Origin: Octopus sinensis
Taxonomy: Eukaryota
DNA length: 64,000 nucleotides
Direction: 5' to 3'
NCBI RefSeq assembly: GCF_006345805.1
Contig: NC_043017.1
Coordinates: 27,900,001-27,964,000, forward strand
Positions 14,945 through 27,720 of this stretch are shown one piece after another. Below the pieces are notes generated by a model, which did not search any database, had not been told where the DNA came from, and worked only from the letters and a program-made list of their open reading frames with translations. Both the position numbers and the translations under genes were made by a program. Each line of letters starts with the position of its first letter. Within the stretch, counting starts at the first letter, position 1.

Positions 14945-15136
14945 GGTTTCAAATTTTGGCACAAGGCCAGCAAGCTGATGAAAGTGTAAGTCGATTACAT
15001 TGACCCCCCAGTGCCCGAGAGGATGAAAGGCAAAGTTGCGTTTCGGCAGAATCTGAAGTCAGAACGTAAAGACGGACATAAATACCACGGGGAACTTTGC
15101 CCAGCCTGCTAACGATTCCGTCAGATCGCTGCCTTA
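14945..15136 (-). mobile_element. SINE family 2, degenerate
   Basis: ggatgaaaggcaaagt, gctaacgattcc and ggcacaaggcc match the family on the minus strand. Confidence 0.7.
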
Positions 15137-15459
15137 ACAATGCTAAGAATATTCTTAGCTGAACAGAACTGCTAAGATTCCTATTAATCGTCAGAGCTGT
15201 GTCTGAATAACTTTAGCCAATCTGTATAATGTTCTCTATATTAAAAGACGCATACTTAAAAGAATCAGACTTCTTCCATTCATTGATAAAGCTGCTACAA
15301 TTAAAAGTAATTTCCTCGTTATGATTTTCACAGCTTTACTACATTTAAGAAGTCTTTGATTTATTCTCTTTAAATCTTTAAATTAATTTCCTAATATAAA
15401 ATTGCCAATAAAAGTTAGCTCTTATGGTACATAACTGTATGCATATGCGTTAATAGAAG

Positions 15460-15750
15460 TATGTATATATGTTTCTATAAGTGAGTGTGCGTGTAGGTAT
15501 GTACATGTTAGCTACCTGTACATATGTGTGTGTATAAATATATATATATATGTGTGTGTGCATGTGTGTAGAAAGACATGGAGGGCGGGTGAAGGAACAT
15601 TGATAGAGATGTATGTATATATGTTTCTATAAGTGAGTGTGCGTGTAGGTATGTATGTACATGTTAGCTACCTGTACATATAGATATATATATATGTGCA
15701 TGTGTGTAGAAAGACATGGAGGGCGTGTGAAGGAACATTGATAGAGATTC
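15460..15750. repeat. Tandem duplication, ~145-bp unit
   Basis: gtttctataagtgagtgtgcgtgtagg...agaaagacatggagggcg...gaaggaacattgatagagat occurs twice. Confidence 0.85.
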
Positions 15751-15806
15751 ACTGAAATAGAGATATGTAAATATATGGATAGATAAAAGTAGCTTTTATT
15801 TTGCAT

Positions 15807-15986
15807 AGGAGTAGGTGTGGCTGTGTGGTAAGTAGCTTGCTTACGAATCACAGGGTTCCGGGTTCAGCCCCACTGCGTGGAACCTTGGGCACGTGTCTTC
15901 TACTAGAGCCTCGGGCCGACCAAAGCCTTGTGAGTGGATTTCGTATGCGGAAACAGAAAGAAGCCCGTCGGATATATATGTATATA

Positions 15987-16045
<59 letters not shown>

Positions 16046-16293
16046 TATATATACAAATGTTTGTGTGTATGTTTATTTGTGTGTCTGTGTTTGTCCCCCA
16101 CGCCCAGCATCGCTAGACAACCGAAGCCGGTGTGTTTACGTCCCCGTAACTTAGCAGTTCGACAAAAGAGACCGATAGAATACGTACTAGGCCTACAAAG
16201 AATAAGTCCTAGGGTCGATTTCCTCGACTAAAGGCGGTGCTCCAGCATGGCCACTATCATATGACTGAAACAAGTGAAAGGGTAAAAGAGTAG
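15807..16293 (+). mobile_element. SINE family 1
   Basis: Full-length copy. Confidence 0.9.
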
Positions 16294-16384
16294 AGTGTAT
16301 ATAGACAGAATCAGAGCCACAACATCTAAGAGAAAGAGTGGTGACATCGCGAGATAGACAGTTATACACACGAACACAAACATG

Positions 16385-16546
16385 GGCGCAGGAGTGGCTG
16401 TGTGGTAAGTAGCTTGCTAACCAACCACATGGTTCCGGGTTCAGTCCCACTGCGTGGCACCTTGGGCAAGTGTCTTCTGCTATAGCCCCGGGCCGACCAA
16501 AGCCTTGTGAGTGGATTTGGTAGACGAAACTGAAAGAAGCCTGTCG

Positions 16547-16594
<48 letters not shown>

Positions 16595-16808
16595 GTGCGT
16601 GTTTGTGTGTCTGTGTTTGTACCCCTAGCATTGCCTGACAACCGATGCTACTGTGTTTACGTCCCCGTCACCTAGCGGTTCGGCAAAAGAGACCGATAGA
16701 ATAAGTACTGGGCTTACAAAGAATAAGTCCCGGGATCGATTTGCTCGACTAAAGGCAGTGCTCCAGCATGGCCGCAGTCAAATGACTGAAACAAGTAAAA
16801 GAGAGTAA
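16385..16808 (+). mobile_element. SINE family 1
   Basis: Near-consensus copy. Confidence 0.9.
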
Positions 16809-17378
16809 ATAGTCAACATAGCAATCAAAACTTACGCGTGCTTGTATGCGCATGCGTCTTTATGTACGTGTCCTTGTGCATATGTGTAGCCTCTACATAT
16901 ATACGTTTATGTCACACAAACTAAATTATTCTTCACGAAATAAATATCCACTGTTAACTTAATCACACAGTTTACACTTCTCGTTACCAAATTCTTCATA
17001 TCTTCATCCTTTGATTCCTGTACATTCGACAGACCTATATTTTATCAAGGCTATTATCTCGAACGCCACGTAGGATCATCAAGGGGGTATTCTCCCAGTT
17101 CTTATCCTCAGTCTCTCGTTTAATCTAATCTCTCACGATCGCTGCATTCTCTATGTAGATATGACGCAGTCTCTCTTTCTTTCGTTCTGTATCTCCCCTA
17201 TTCCTCCTTCTTTCTTTCTTTCTTTTACTTTTATCTCATAATAATTGCGTTGGTATATGAAAATTCGTACTACAGTCTTACAAAGGAAATTTCTTTACTT
17301 CGCAGGTGAGAGAGTGTAGGGCGATATACACGGTTGAGTGTGTGTGTGTGTGTCTCTGTCAATATCTGTACGTGTGTA

Positions 17379-18141
17379 AGGCGGCGAGCTGGCAGAAACG
17401 TTAAAACTCCGGGCGAAATGCTTAGCGGTATTTCGTCTGCCGTTACGTTATGAGTTCAAATTCCGCGGAGATCGACTTTGCCTTTCATCCTTTCAGGGAC
17501 GATTAAATAAGTACCAATTTCGGAACTGGGGTCGATATAATCGACCTAATCCGTTTGTCTGTCCTTGTTTGTCCTCTCTGTGATTAGACCCTTGTGGGTA
17601 GTAAAGAAATAAGTATTTCGTCTGCTGTTACGTTCTGAGTTCAAATTCCGCCGAGGTCGACTTTGCCTTTCATCCTTTCGAGGTCGATTAAATAAGTACC
17701 AGTTTCGGAACTGGGGTCGATATAATCGACTTAATCCGTTTGTCTGTCCTTGTTTGTCCTCTCTGTGTTTAGCCCCTTGTGGGTAGTAAAGAAATAGGTA
17801 TTTCGTCTGCCGCTACGTTCTGAACTAAAATTTCGCTGAGGTCGAGTTTGCCTTCCCTCCTTTCGGGGTCGATAAATTAAGTACCAGTTACGCACTGGGG
17901 TCGATATAATGGACTTAATCCGTTTGTCTGCCCTCGTTTGTCTTCTCTGTGTTTAGCCCCTTGTGGGTAGTAAAGAAATAGGTATTTCGTCTGTCGTTAC
18001 GTTCTGAGTTGAAATTCCACCGAGGCTGACTTTGCCCTTCGGGATCGATAAATTTATTACCAGTTGCGTACTGGGGTCGATCTAATTCACTAGTCCCCTC
18101 TCCTAAAATTTCGGCTTTTTGTGCTTAGAATAGAAAAGAAT
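17379..18141 (+). mobile_element. SINE family 2 tandem array (one head plus 4 body units)
   Basis: Units start at (g/a)gtatttcgtctg at 17427, 17612, 17797, 17981 (period 184-185); last unit ends in the alternative tail. Confidence 0.9.
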
Positions 18142-18209
18142 ATATTTGTGTGTGTGTGTGTGTGTGTACCACATAGTCATTATTGGATCTCTCTCTCTCT
18201 CTCTCTCTC

Positions 18210-18288
18210 ACTCATTCCCTCACTCAGCCACCAGTCACTCTGCCGCACACATAGTTTCTTTCTCTCTCTCGATCTTTCTGATTCTCTA

Positions 18289-18323
<35 letters not shown>

Positions 18324-18505
18324 CCCTCACTCAGCCACCAGTCACTCTGCCGCACACATAGTTTCTTTCTCTCTCTCGCTCTTTCTGATTCTCTATCTAT
18401 CTCTCTCTCTCTCTCTCATTCCCTCACTCAGCCACCAGTCACTCTGCCGCACACATAGTTTCTTTCTCTCTCTCGCTCTTTCTGATTCTCTCTCTCTCTC
18501 TCTCT
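18210..18505. repeat. Three tandem copies of a ~90-105-bp CT-rich unit
   Basis: ctcattccctcactcagccaccagtcactctgccgcacacatagtttc x3. Confidence 0.9.
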
Positions 18506-19034
18506 ATCTTGCACACAGACACACACATTCAGAGACGTACAATCACATTCATACAAGCTATAAATACAGTATTACACACTTACACACTCAGAATTAATGA
18601 TTCAATCAATTCTTTGTACGCGTTCGTTTGATCAAAAGACGTGAACTGTAATTTCTTTTCCCACAAAAACGAACTCGATTAAACGAATAACTCTGACTTG
18701 CTCCTCATGATTCATCCATATTTTCTTTGTGTTTTTTTTTTCTTCTATAAATAAATATATATTCCTCCATTTAATTTGTGGCTTCTCCTTCACTTTCGTC
18801 TCAGCTTGTTTATTAGGAGCAGTTTGTTGGGTGCATGGCGTTTACATGGTGTTTATTTAAAGAAAAAAAAAAGACTCCGAGACGGTGACCCAGCATATTC
18901 CATGAGCATCGAAGAGTACATTCGCATTATTATTTCTCATTAGATTTCTTTTTCTGATGATGCAGGCTATAATTTTAGCCTTCAGCTTCCGGGATCTGGG
19001 AATCAAGTATCAATGTCGGTCAACTTGGTGGAGA

Positions 19035-19301
19035 TTCTTCTTCGTCTTCGTCTCCGTCTTCGTCTTCGTCGTCTTCTTCTTCTTCTTATTATTATTATTA
19101 CTATTATTATTATTATTACTATTATTACTATTATTATTACTATTATTACTATTATTATTACTATTATTATTATTATTACTATTATTATTATTATTATTAT
19201 TACTACTATTATTACTATTATTATTACTATTATTATTATTATTACTATTATTACTACTATTATTACTATTATTATTACTATTATTATTATTATTATTACT
19301 A

Positions 19302-19332
<31 letters not shown>

Positions 19333-19610
19333 TATTATTATTATTACTCTTATTATTATTATTACTATTATTACTATTATTATTATTACTATTATTACTA
19401 TTATTATCATTACTATTATTACTATTATTATCATTATTACTATTATTATTATTATTACTATTATTATTATCATTATTATTATTACTTTTATTATTATTGT
19501 TATTTATTATTTTTCTTCTTTTTCTTATTTTTTCTTCTTCTTCACCACCTAATTCTTGTTGCTGTTCTACTTCTTCTTCCTCTCCTTCCTCTTCTTCTTT
19601 TCCCTCCATT
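19035..19610. repeat. (TTA/CTA)n and (TCT)n array
   Basis: Seen directly. Confidence 0.95.
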
Positions 19611-19764
19611 GCTCTCCTCTTTCCCTCCTACTCTTCCTCTTAATCCCCCGGTTTACGTAGTACTTTACGAAGGGGCGTGTGAGACCACACATGGCATTTC
19701 TTTACTTAAATATAAATGTACTATTGAACGAAGACCAAACGGCCATTTTCCTTTTCGGAGAAAT

Positions 19765-20048
19765 AAAGAAGCTATTGGAAAATATCTTGCTTTCCATTCA
19801 CATGGTTCTGGGTTCCATGTGTGAGTGTTTGTGTGTGTCTCTTTGTATCTGTGTTTTTCCCCCATCGCCGCTTGAAAACCAGTGTTGGTGTGTTTGCAGC
19901 TCGGCAAAAGAAACCGATAGAATTAGTACTACGCTTTAAAAGGAAACATATATAAGTTCTAGGGTCGAATTGTTTGACTAAAATCCTTCGTGGCGGTGCT
20001 CCAGCATGGCCGCAGTCAAATGACTGAAACAAGTAAAAGAATAAAAAG
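19765..20048 (+). mobile_element. SINE family 1, internally deleted
   Basis: cacatggttctgggttc followed by 3' half and tail. Confidence 0.8.
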
Positions 20049-20077
20049 CCAGAATCTCAGATAGCCATGGAACTATC

Positions 20078-20483
20078 TTTTACTCTTTTTTACTCTACTC
20101 TTTTACTTGTTTCAGTGATTTGACTGCGGCCATGCTGGAGCACCGCCTTTAATCGAGCAACTCGACACTGGGACTTATTCTTTTGTAAGCCCAGTACTTA
20201 TTCTATCGGTCTCTTTTGCCTAGTAACGGGGACATAAACACACCAGCATCGTTTGTCAAGCAATGCTAGAGGACAAACACACACAGGCATATATATATAT
20301 ATAATATATATATATATATACGACGGGCTTCTTTCAGTGTCCCTCTACCAAATCCACTCACAAGGTTTTGGTCGGCCCGAGGCTATAGTAGAAGACACTT
20401 GCCTAAGGTACCACGCAGTGGGACTGAACCCGGTACCATGTGGTTGGTAAACAAGCTACTTACCACACAGCCACTCCTGCGCC
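20078..20483 (-). mobile_element. SINE family 1
   Basis: Reverse complement, ends ccacacagccactcctgcgcc. Confidence 0.9.
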
Positions 20484-21747
20484 TATCTGTGTTACAGGAG
20501 GAAACTTTACAGGCTGATATCACCACAAGGCCGCACGTAGAAACGTAAACGATGATAACAATAAGCATTGATATGAAACAATGAAAGAACACAAAGGAAA
20601 CAGATTTTTACGTTACTACAATTATATATTTACTATTTTTTATATATATGAAATATTCTCACAGGGTCATATGTCAGGGGAAGTGTGGGCGCAAGTAGAT
20701 TCATTGAAGTATTGTAGTTGAATGCTACTTGTTTCAGTTAACCCGGGAAGGTGGAAATCGGTCGGATTTAACACGAGATGTGAAGGAACGTAAAGAAGCG
20801 GAGGCATTCATTTTCATCATGGCGCTAACGAACTTGCCAATACTCAGCGTTAACAACATATTAAAATGAAACGTTATGGCGATAATCGAACTCAGACCAG
20901 AGCAGGACATTTATGGTCCTTTGTGTTTTAATTATTGCACAAAGAAGCAATGCCAATAATCATTTATCGTTCAATGAGAAAGAAGCTATTGTAAAAGTTG
21001 AGTCTAATTATTGGACTATTTTCCTTTTGGCTGAATATCTTTTTGATCAGATTCGTTCAGTCATTCAATAGCTTTGTTTTAAAAAAGAAACCTAACATTG
21101 TTTAAACACTGTGTATCCATTTCTCTCTCTCTATATATATATATATGTGTACATATATATGTATATATATATGTACATATATATGTATATATATATAAAT
21201 ATATAAATAAATATGTATATGTATATTTAAATATATATATAAATATGTATATATGTATATATAAAATGTATAAATATATATATATATATAAATATATATA
21301 TAAATATATATATATATTATTATTATTATTATCATTCTATCACTACTGACGGAGTGTTTAGTAGAAGAAAGGAAACAATACTATATGATGAAATTAAAAA
21401 GAAAAGAAAACAGTTATAATATTGAAAATGATGACGATGATGATAATATTAACGATAAAAGATCCTATAGAAATAAATTATCATAGTAATGATGATGATG
21501 ATGATGATAACGATGTTGGTGCAAATAATGTGTGTAAATACATTTTTTTAAAACTTAAAGACGGGAATGAATGCATATGTAAATACTATAAAACATTTAT
21601 TTTTAACAAGTGATTCTGTGTGAGCATGTTATCGGTTCCACGCATACACACACACACACACATCAACAGACATATATATGTATATAGGCGTGTACCTATG
21701 TGCCGAAATATATATATATATATGCATGCATACATGTACAGACAAAC

Positions 21748-21778
<31 letters not shown>

Positions 21779-22638
21779 ACAGAGTGACTCAGACATAGAG
21801 ATTGAGACAGACACTCTTGTAAAGAGAGGCATAGGTAGCTAGAGATATACATACATGTACACGCAAAACCATATATGCACACACACACATTATATATACA
21901 TACATACATACATACATATATTAATATATATATATATATACACAACACACACACACTAAACACATTTTTATACGCATCAGATCGTATCAACGTTTTATCT
22001 TTTATTGTTCTCTCATAATTGCAGTTTTGATAAAATATCGGCCATTTTGCGCATGAAAGATCTATAAATGTATATAATTTCAACTCCAGTATTAATACAC
22101 CATAATATATGGCAGCAATATACAGTTATATGCTTGATTTCCTTTTTAAAATAACAACACGCAAACGTGTTCAATGATTGTGAAATCGGCAGTCAGATCT
22201 TTATCTCGATATTCTAACATAATCGATCGGTAAAATGACGGCCATGATACGTTTGGTACAAGAGGGAATACGATATAGGTTGCATATATTATGGCAACCT
22301 ATATAATGAATTGGGGACAGATTAGTTTTCAATCAGTTAATTAAAAATATGTAACAATATATCAACTCATTCCATAACATCGCATTCTAGATAAAATTTG
22401 GAAAAAACCAAGCAAAGACAAAAAGTCATTTCCAATAAAAATAAAAAGTGTTCAGAAGGTTTGTCTGACAACGTTTGTGAATATATATGAATGTGTGCGT
22501 GAGTGTGTTTGTGTGTGTAAATATATATATATAGTTAATCCAAACAAGAAAACACAGGAAAAAGAGAAAAAAACACAGCAACGCAGGACGTGGAACAATT
22601 AAAATATTATTGACGCTCAGGAAAGAAGGGAAGGAGGA

Positions 22639-22671
22639 TTTAACGTTTCGAGCGGAGCTCTTCGTCGGAAA
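22639..22671 (-). ncRNA. Minimal type I hammerhead-like motif (HHR family A) in a ~210-bp (TA)n-embedded repeat at ~22535-22745
   Basis: Minus strand: ttt-CCGACGA-a-gagc tcc gctc-GAAA-cg-TT-aaa; related copies at 36998 and 57224. Confidence 0.55.
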
Positions 22672-22750
22672 CAAGGAGAGGGAAAGATCCAAAGAAGGGA
22701 AGACAGAGGAAAAAATATTTTTGTGCTGGTGGTGCTCAAGAGATCACATG

Positions 22751-22800
<50 letters not shown>

Positions 22801-23435
22801 GTGTGTGTGTATAAAAAAAGAGACAGAGTGGGGTGACAGACAGTCGGATGCAACTTCGAGAAGATATAGTATGCAGATTTTAAGTAAATTAATGTGCCTA
22901 TCCAAATATCATTGTTTTGAGAAATTTATATTCTTATATGGAAAGAGCTAAATTAATTAATCACATATTTTTGCCTCGCAGAATAATAGCCATATTAAAA
23001 CAAACAAAAAAAGCAAGAAAAAAACGAAAATAGAGAAAACAACCTAGAAAAATGAGGACAGTTTCAATGAAATTGTTTTGGAATAAACTTATAAAATTCA
23101 ATTATACCTAAATTAATAATTAATTTATGAAATAATTAATTACCAATTTAAGTATTAATACAATCGTGATACTAGGTCACCCTTTTATCTGTAAAATTCC
23201 ATGGGGATATCTAAATATAAATATCGTAGTGGTACTTTTTGTTGCCGTTGTTTCAACGTATATCATTCTATTTCAACAGAGCTGATAATAAGTAATTCAG
23301 GGCATGCCAAGGCCTGTGTATGTGACTTAGAAATATTGTATTCCGAGCGTAGCATGTACGCTTACTGTATGAATGTTCTTAAGTGTTTGACCGATCTTGC
23401 ATTTTTTTCTGTTTTATCGTATTTGTTGTTCTAGT

Positions 23436-24040
23436 AAGGCGGGGAGCTGGCTGAAACGTTAGCACGCCCGGCGAAATGTGTAGCCGTATTTTGTCTGCTG
23501 TTATGTTCTGAGTTGAAATTCCGCCGAGGTCGACTTTGTCTTTCATCCTTTCGAGCTCGATAAATTAAGTACCAGTTATGCACTGGCGTCGATATAATCG
23601 ACTTAATCCGCGTGTCTGTCCTTGTTTGTCCCCTCTGTGTTTAGTCCCTTGTGGGTAGTAAAGAAATAGGTATTTCGTCCGCCGCTGCGTTCTGAGTTCA
23701 AAATCCGCCGAGGTCGACTTTGCCTTTCATCCTTTTGGGGTCGATAAATTAAGTACCAGTTGCTCACTTGGCGTCGATATAATCGACTTAATCCGTTTGT
23801 CTGTCCTTGTCTGTCCCCTCTGTGTTTAGTCCCTGTGAGTAGTAAAGAAATAGGTATTTCGTCTGTCTTTATGTTTCTGAGTTGAAATTCCGCCGAGGTC
23901 GACTTTGCCTTTCGTCCTTTCGGGGTCGATAAATTAGTTACCAGTTACGCACTGGGGTCGATGTAATCAACTTAATCCGTTTGTCTGTCCTTGTTTGTCC
24001 CCTCTATGTTTAGCCCCTTGTGTGTAGTAAAGAAATAGGC
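23436..24040 (+). mobile_element. SINE family 2 tandem array (one head plus 3 body units)
   Basis: Unit junctions aaagaaata|gg(t/c)attt at 23669, 23853, 24038. Confidence 0.9.
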
Positions 24041-25284
24041 ATTTGTTGTTCTCATCGTAAAAATTTCCTTACAATAAGATTTTAAGTTCTTCAATTGTGA
24101 AACTCGAAAAGCTGGTTGTACATGAATGAGGTTACTTGTATTTTTATCTGGTATCATGACTGAGTTCGTTTGCTTATAAAAACCAACATTCATAATGAAT
24201 TACAAGTTTTCCTTCCACATCTGGACTGAAACCAAGCGAATTTCGTAACGAATACATTGAAACACGTACCGTGCAATAAACACTCTTATCCAGGAACTAC
24301 GTTTCCCTTTTATTTAATTTACTTGTTTCAGTCAAAAGACCAGTCTTGGACACCGGCTTGAAGGCTTTTGTCCAACAAATCTTTCTCAGTGTATATCTTT
24401 CATTTTTCAAACTGTTGTAATTATATCAAACACAGACACCGTTGAATTGGCTGGATATAGCTTGGTGTGAGAATTGCCGCCAGCTTTCTTGAAAGAGCAC
24501 ATAGACTCGGATAATCTACTAAGAGAACTCTTGCTTGACCCTCCAAAATTTCGTCCCATATATAGCTTTGGAATGGTTGATTTATCAAGCGCCATAAATC
24601 AAAATCTAAGTTCGCAGAACGATTGGAGTATATCACATCGTAGCCAATCAATCGTCACTGACTATTCGCTGACTTAATTTTAAAGTTTGAAATTTAAAAA
24701 TTTACTATAATAGCGAAAGTCATAGTTTAAAATATTATTAATCATACAGTTTTGTAAGGAAAATTTAGAATATTGCTCATTTAAAAATATATATGTATTC
24801 GTATGAATTTATCTCATACTATATTGGTTCGACTAAACGTTTAAATGCGGTGCTCCAGATAGCCACAGTCCAGTGACTGAAGCCAGTTAAACGTAAATAA
24901 GTAAATAAGACTGAACCCGCATGCATGTGGTTCAGAAGCAAGCTTCTTACCACACAGAAAACATGATTATTTTAAATAAAATCTTTTACCGTGTATACAA
25001 ATCACCATCTTCTTAATACTGATGTGTTCCAAATAAGAACTAGCATATTAAAATAATAAATAACATTTTATACATAAAAGTGCAGTTGTGTCTGTTTGAT
25101 TAAGAACTTTGCCTGCCATCCATGTACCCTTGGTACCAACCTTGTGCTCTTGCATTCAGTCTTGCAGAGCTGTACCTTGGTCAAATGGCTTCAATTACAG
25201 TGACGGGTAAACCGCTGATTTGTGAGCAGATTTGGTTGACGGAAAGTAAATGAAACCCGCTGTATAAACTTATAAGCATATATA

Positions 25285-25870
25285 CTCTGTTGCTTCTTTC
25301 ATTCATTTGACTGTGGCCATGCTGGAGCAACGCCTTTTTAGTCGAGAAAATCGACCGCAGGACCTATTTTGTCGGGCACTTTTGCCGGACCGCTAAGTTA
25401 CGGGGACCTAACCACACCAGCATCTGTCGTCAAGCGATGTTGCGGAGACAAGCACAGACACACAAACATATACGCACGCACGCACACACACACACATACA
25501 CACGCACACAAACACACACACATATATATATATATATACAATAAATAATATTAGGGTAATAAGAATTATAGAAATTATTATTACCAGTGGCCTAGCACAA
25601 AAAAATTAGTCAGTAGACTATATATTATTCATATAAACATCGTGTACATTAAAACACATTAAGATGCTTCCATCATAGGCTTTCCTAGGATGGAAGCATC
25701 TTAATGTACATGATATCTATATGAAGTTATATATATATATATATATATACATACATATGTACCACGAAGTTCTTTCAGTTTCCCTCTATCAAATCCACTC
25801 ACAAGGCTTTGGTCGGCCCGAGGCTATAATAGAAGACATTTGCCTAAAATGCCACACAGCGGTACACACC
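25285..25870 (-). mobile_element. SINE family 1 with a ~190-bp insertion in its internal microsatellite
   Basis: 3' half at 25285-25480 and 5' half at 25765-25870 on the minus strand. Confidence 0.8.
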
Positions 25871-26089
25871 ACCGACTAACAGCGGTTATTGGATCCTTTG
25901 CGGATTCGTAATTTTGCAATAGAATAAGTACAGGGCTTAACAATAAGTACTAAACTATTCGAGCGAATCGCCCAGTATATCTTTCAGTCCAATGAGTGAA
26001 ACGAGCAAAAGGTATAGTATGACCCTGTCTCATGGCAATCTGATAATTCATTCGATAAAACTAGAGTAAACTTTTAGAAGTAAGTTTAC

Positions 26090-26455
26090 GTGACAAGTAG
26101 CTTGCTTTCGAACCACGTAGTGCAGAGTTCAGTCCCACTGCGTGGCACCTAAAGCAAGTCTCTTCTACTATAGCCTCGGGCCGACCAAAGCTTTGTGAGT
26201 GCATTTGGCAGACGGAAACTGAAAAGAAGCCCATCGTATATGTATATATATATATATGTGTGTGTGTGTGTGCTTGCCCCCTCCCCAACATCTCTTCACA
26301 AACGATGTTCGTGTGTATACGTCCCCGTAACTTAGCGGTTCGGCAAAAGAGACCGATAGAATAAGTACTAGGCTTACAAAGAATAAGTCCTGGGGTCGAT
26401 TTGCTCGACTAAAAAGGCGGTGATCCAGTATGGCCACAGTCAAATGAATGAGTAA
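26090..26455 (+). mobile_element. SINE family 1
   Basis: Slightly 5'-truncated copy. Confidence 0.85.
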
Positions 26456-26585
26456 TAAATATGTATATAAACAAAACGAACATACAATCTACAATAGATA
26501 TACACAGTCTTGTATATGTCTCTCTCTCTTCTCTCCCTATATATATGTATAAATATATACTTATATATATATATATATATATATA

Positions 26586-26815
26586 CTAGCAGTATCCCGG
26601 CGTTGCTCGGATTTGTAGGGGAAATAACTATATAAGCATTTTTAGAGATGTAAAGTATAATAGCCATCTCAATATGGCTAACCACAAAGGGGTGGCGGTA
26701 CTGTAGCTATTTACGTTCTAGGATTTAATAATAAATTTTTAGAGAGTTACTTCCCTTATATATGCCAAAAATGCTATTAAAAATGGGGGAAAAATTGATG
26801 GTAAATTCTTTTAAA
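26586..26815 (-). mobile_element. Non-autonomous Helitron (6796 family), cut by the assembly gap
   Basis: actagcagtatcccggcgttgctcgg...gtataatagccatctcaatatggctaaccac matches the 6796 copy. Confidence 0.85.
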
Positions 26816-26915
26816 NNNNNNNNNNNNNNNNNNNNNNNNNNNNNNNNNNNNNNNNNNNNNNNNNNNNNNNNNNNNNNNNNNNNNNNNNNNNNNNNNNNNN
26901 NNNNNNNNNNNNNNN
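26816..26915. other. Assembly gap (100 N)
   Basis: Run of N. Confidence 1.
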
Positions 26916-27520
26916 TACTCACACATACAATAGAGTTTCACACAAATATATATATAAATATTTGTCTTGGTTAGCTTTCACCATTGGAAACTTAATAAAT
27001 GTTTCCTTTTCAGGACCTTGTAATATATAAATTCAACACTAAATATTTCGCATCTATTTATGCCCCTACTTAACAAATTGTATGCACCATCATATTGATT
27101 AATCTCCCCAAGCGTGCATCAGGTCTCTCACACGGAAAGATCTCATATTCATATTTCCAGGAGACCGTGTGACGCTCATGCCGCCGTTTGGTGGAACAGA
27201 GAGAAGATTATAAATCTGAAAGATATTGAAGTACTCACAGTAAATATCAGAATATACGAAGAAATACATACTTACTTATTAAATTACAACCTGCATGGAG
27301 AAAACGATATTAAAAAAAAAAAATCGATGAGGTTCATTCATAATAAGGTCCGGCAGATTTGAACTTGAAAATCCAATCTGGTTTCTCTTTCGCCTTTCGA
27401 AAACATCTGCTCGTATCAGCCAATGTTTTTCAACAAATTTTTTAACGTTGGGAGATTTTCAGTTGATGGTGTTTCGATCTAGTTTTGTCTCTTTTATTTC
27501 TGGATCACATGTTACATGAT

Positions 27521-27720
27521 AATTACCTCCATCAAGGAAGTAGGTTTTGTTTTCATTGGTGTTGGTTTGTCCGTCTGTCCGGCTGTATGTAGAATAACTG
27601 AAAAAGCCCTCAACGGTATTTGATGAAACTTGCAGACACTGTTGGTAATGACACGAGGAACATGTGATAAAATTTTAGTAGTGATCCTGGAATTTTTGTG
27701 GATTCTTGAAGGATTTTTCA
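27521..27720 (+). mobile_element. Possible Helentron-associated (HINE/DINE-1-like) 5' fragment
   Basis: attacctccatcaagg...gttttcattggtgttggtttgtccgtctgtcc...aacggtatttgatgaaacttg resembles the usual HINE start with a TCYG microsatellite; 3' end not seen. Confidence 0.45.

Noticed and set aside
17379-18141. Regular repeats suggesting a CRISPR-like array
   Set aside because: Whole 185-bp units repeat with no unique spacers; SINE-derived, eukaryotic context
24407-24677. Non-repetitive overlapping ORFs, possible exon or integrase relic
   Set aside because: No recognisable domain; integrase-like words have the wrong spacing; no convincing splice sites
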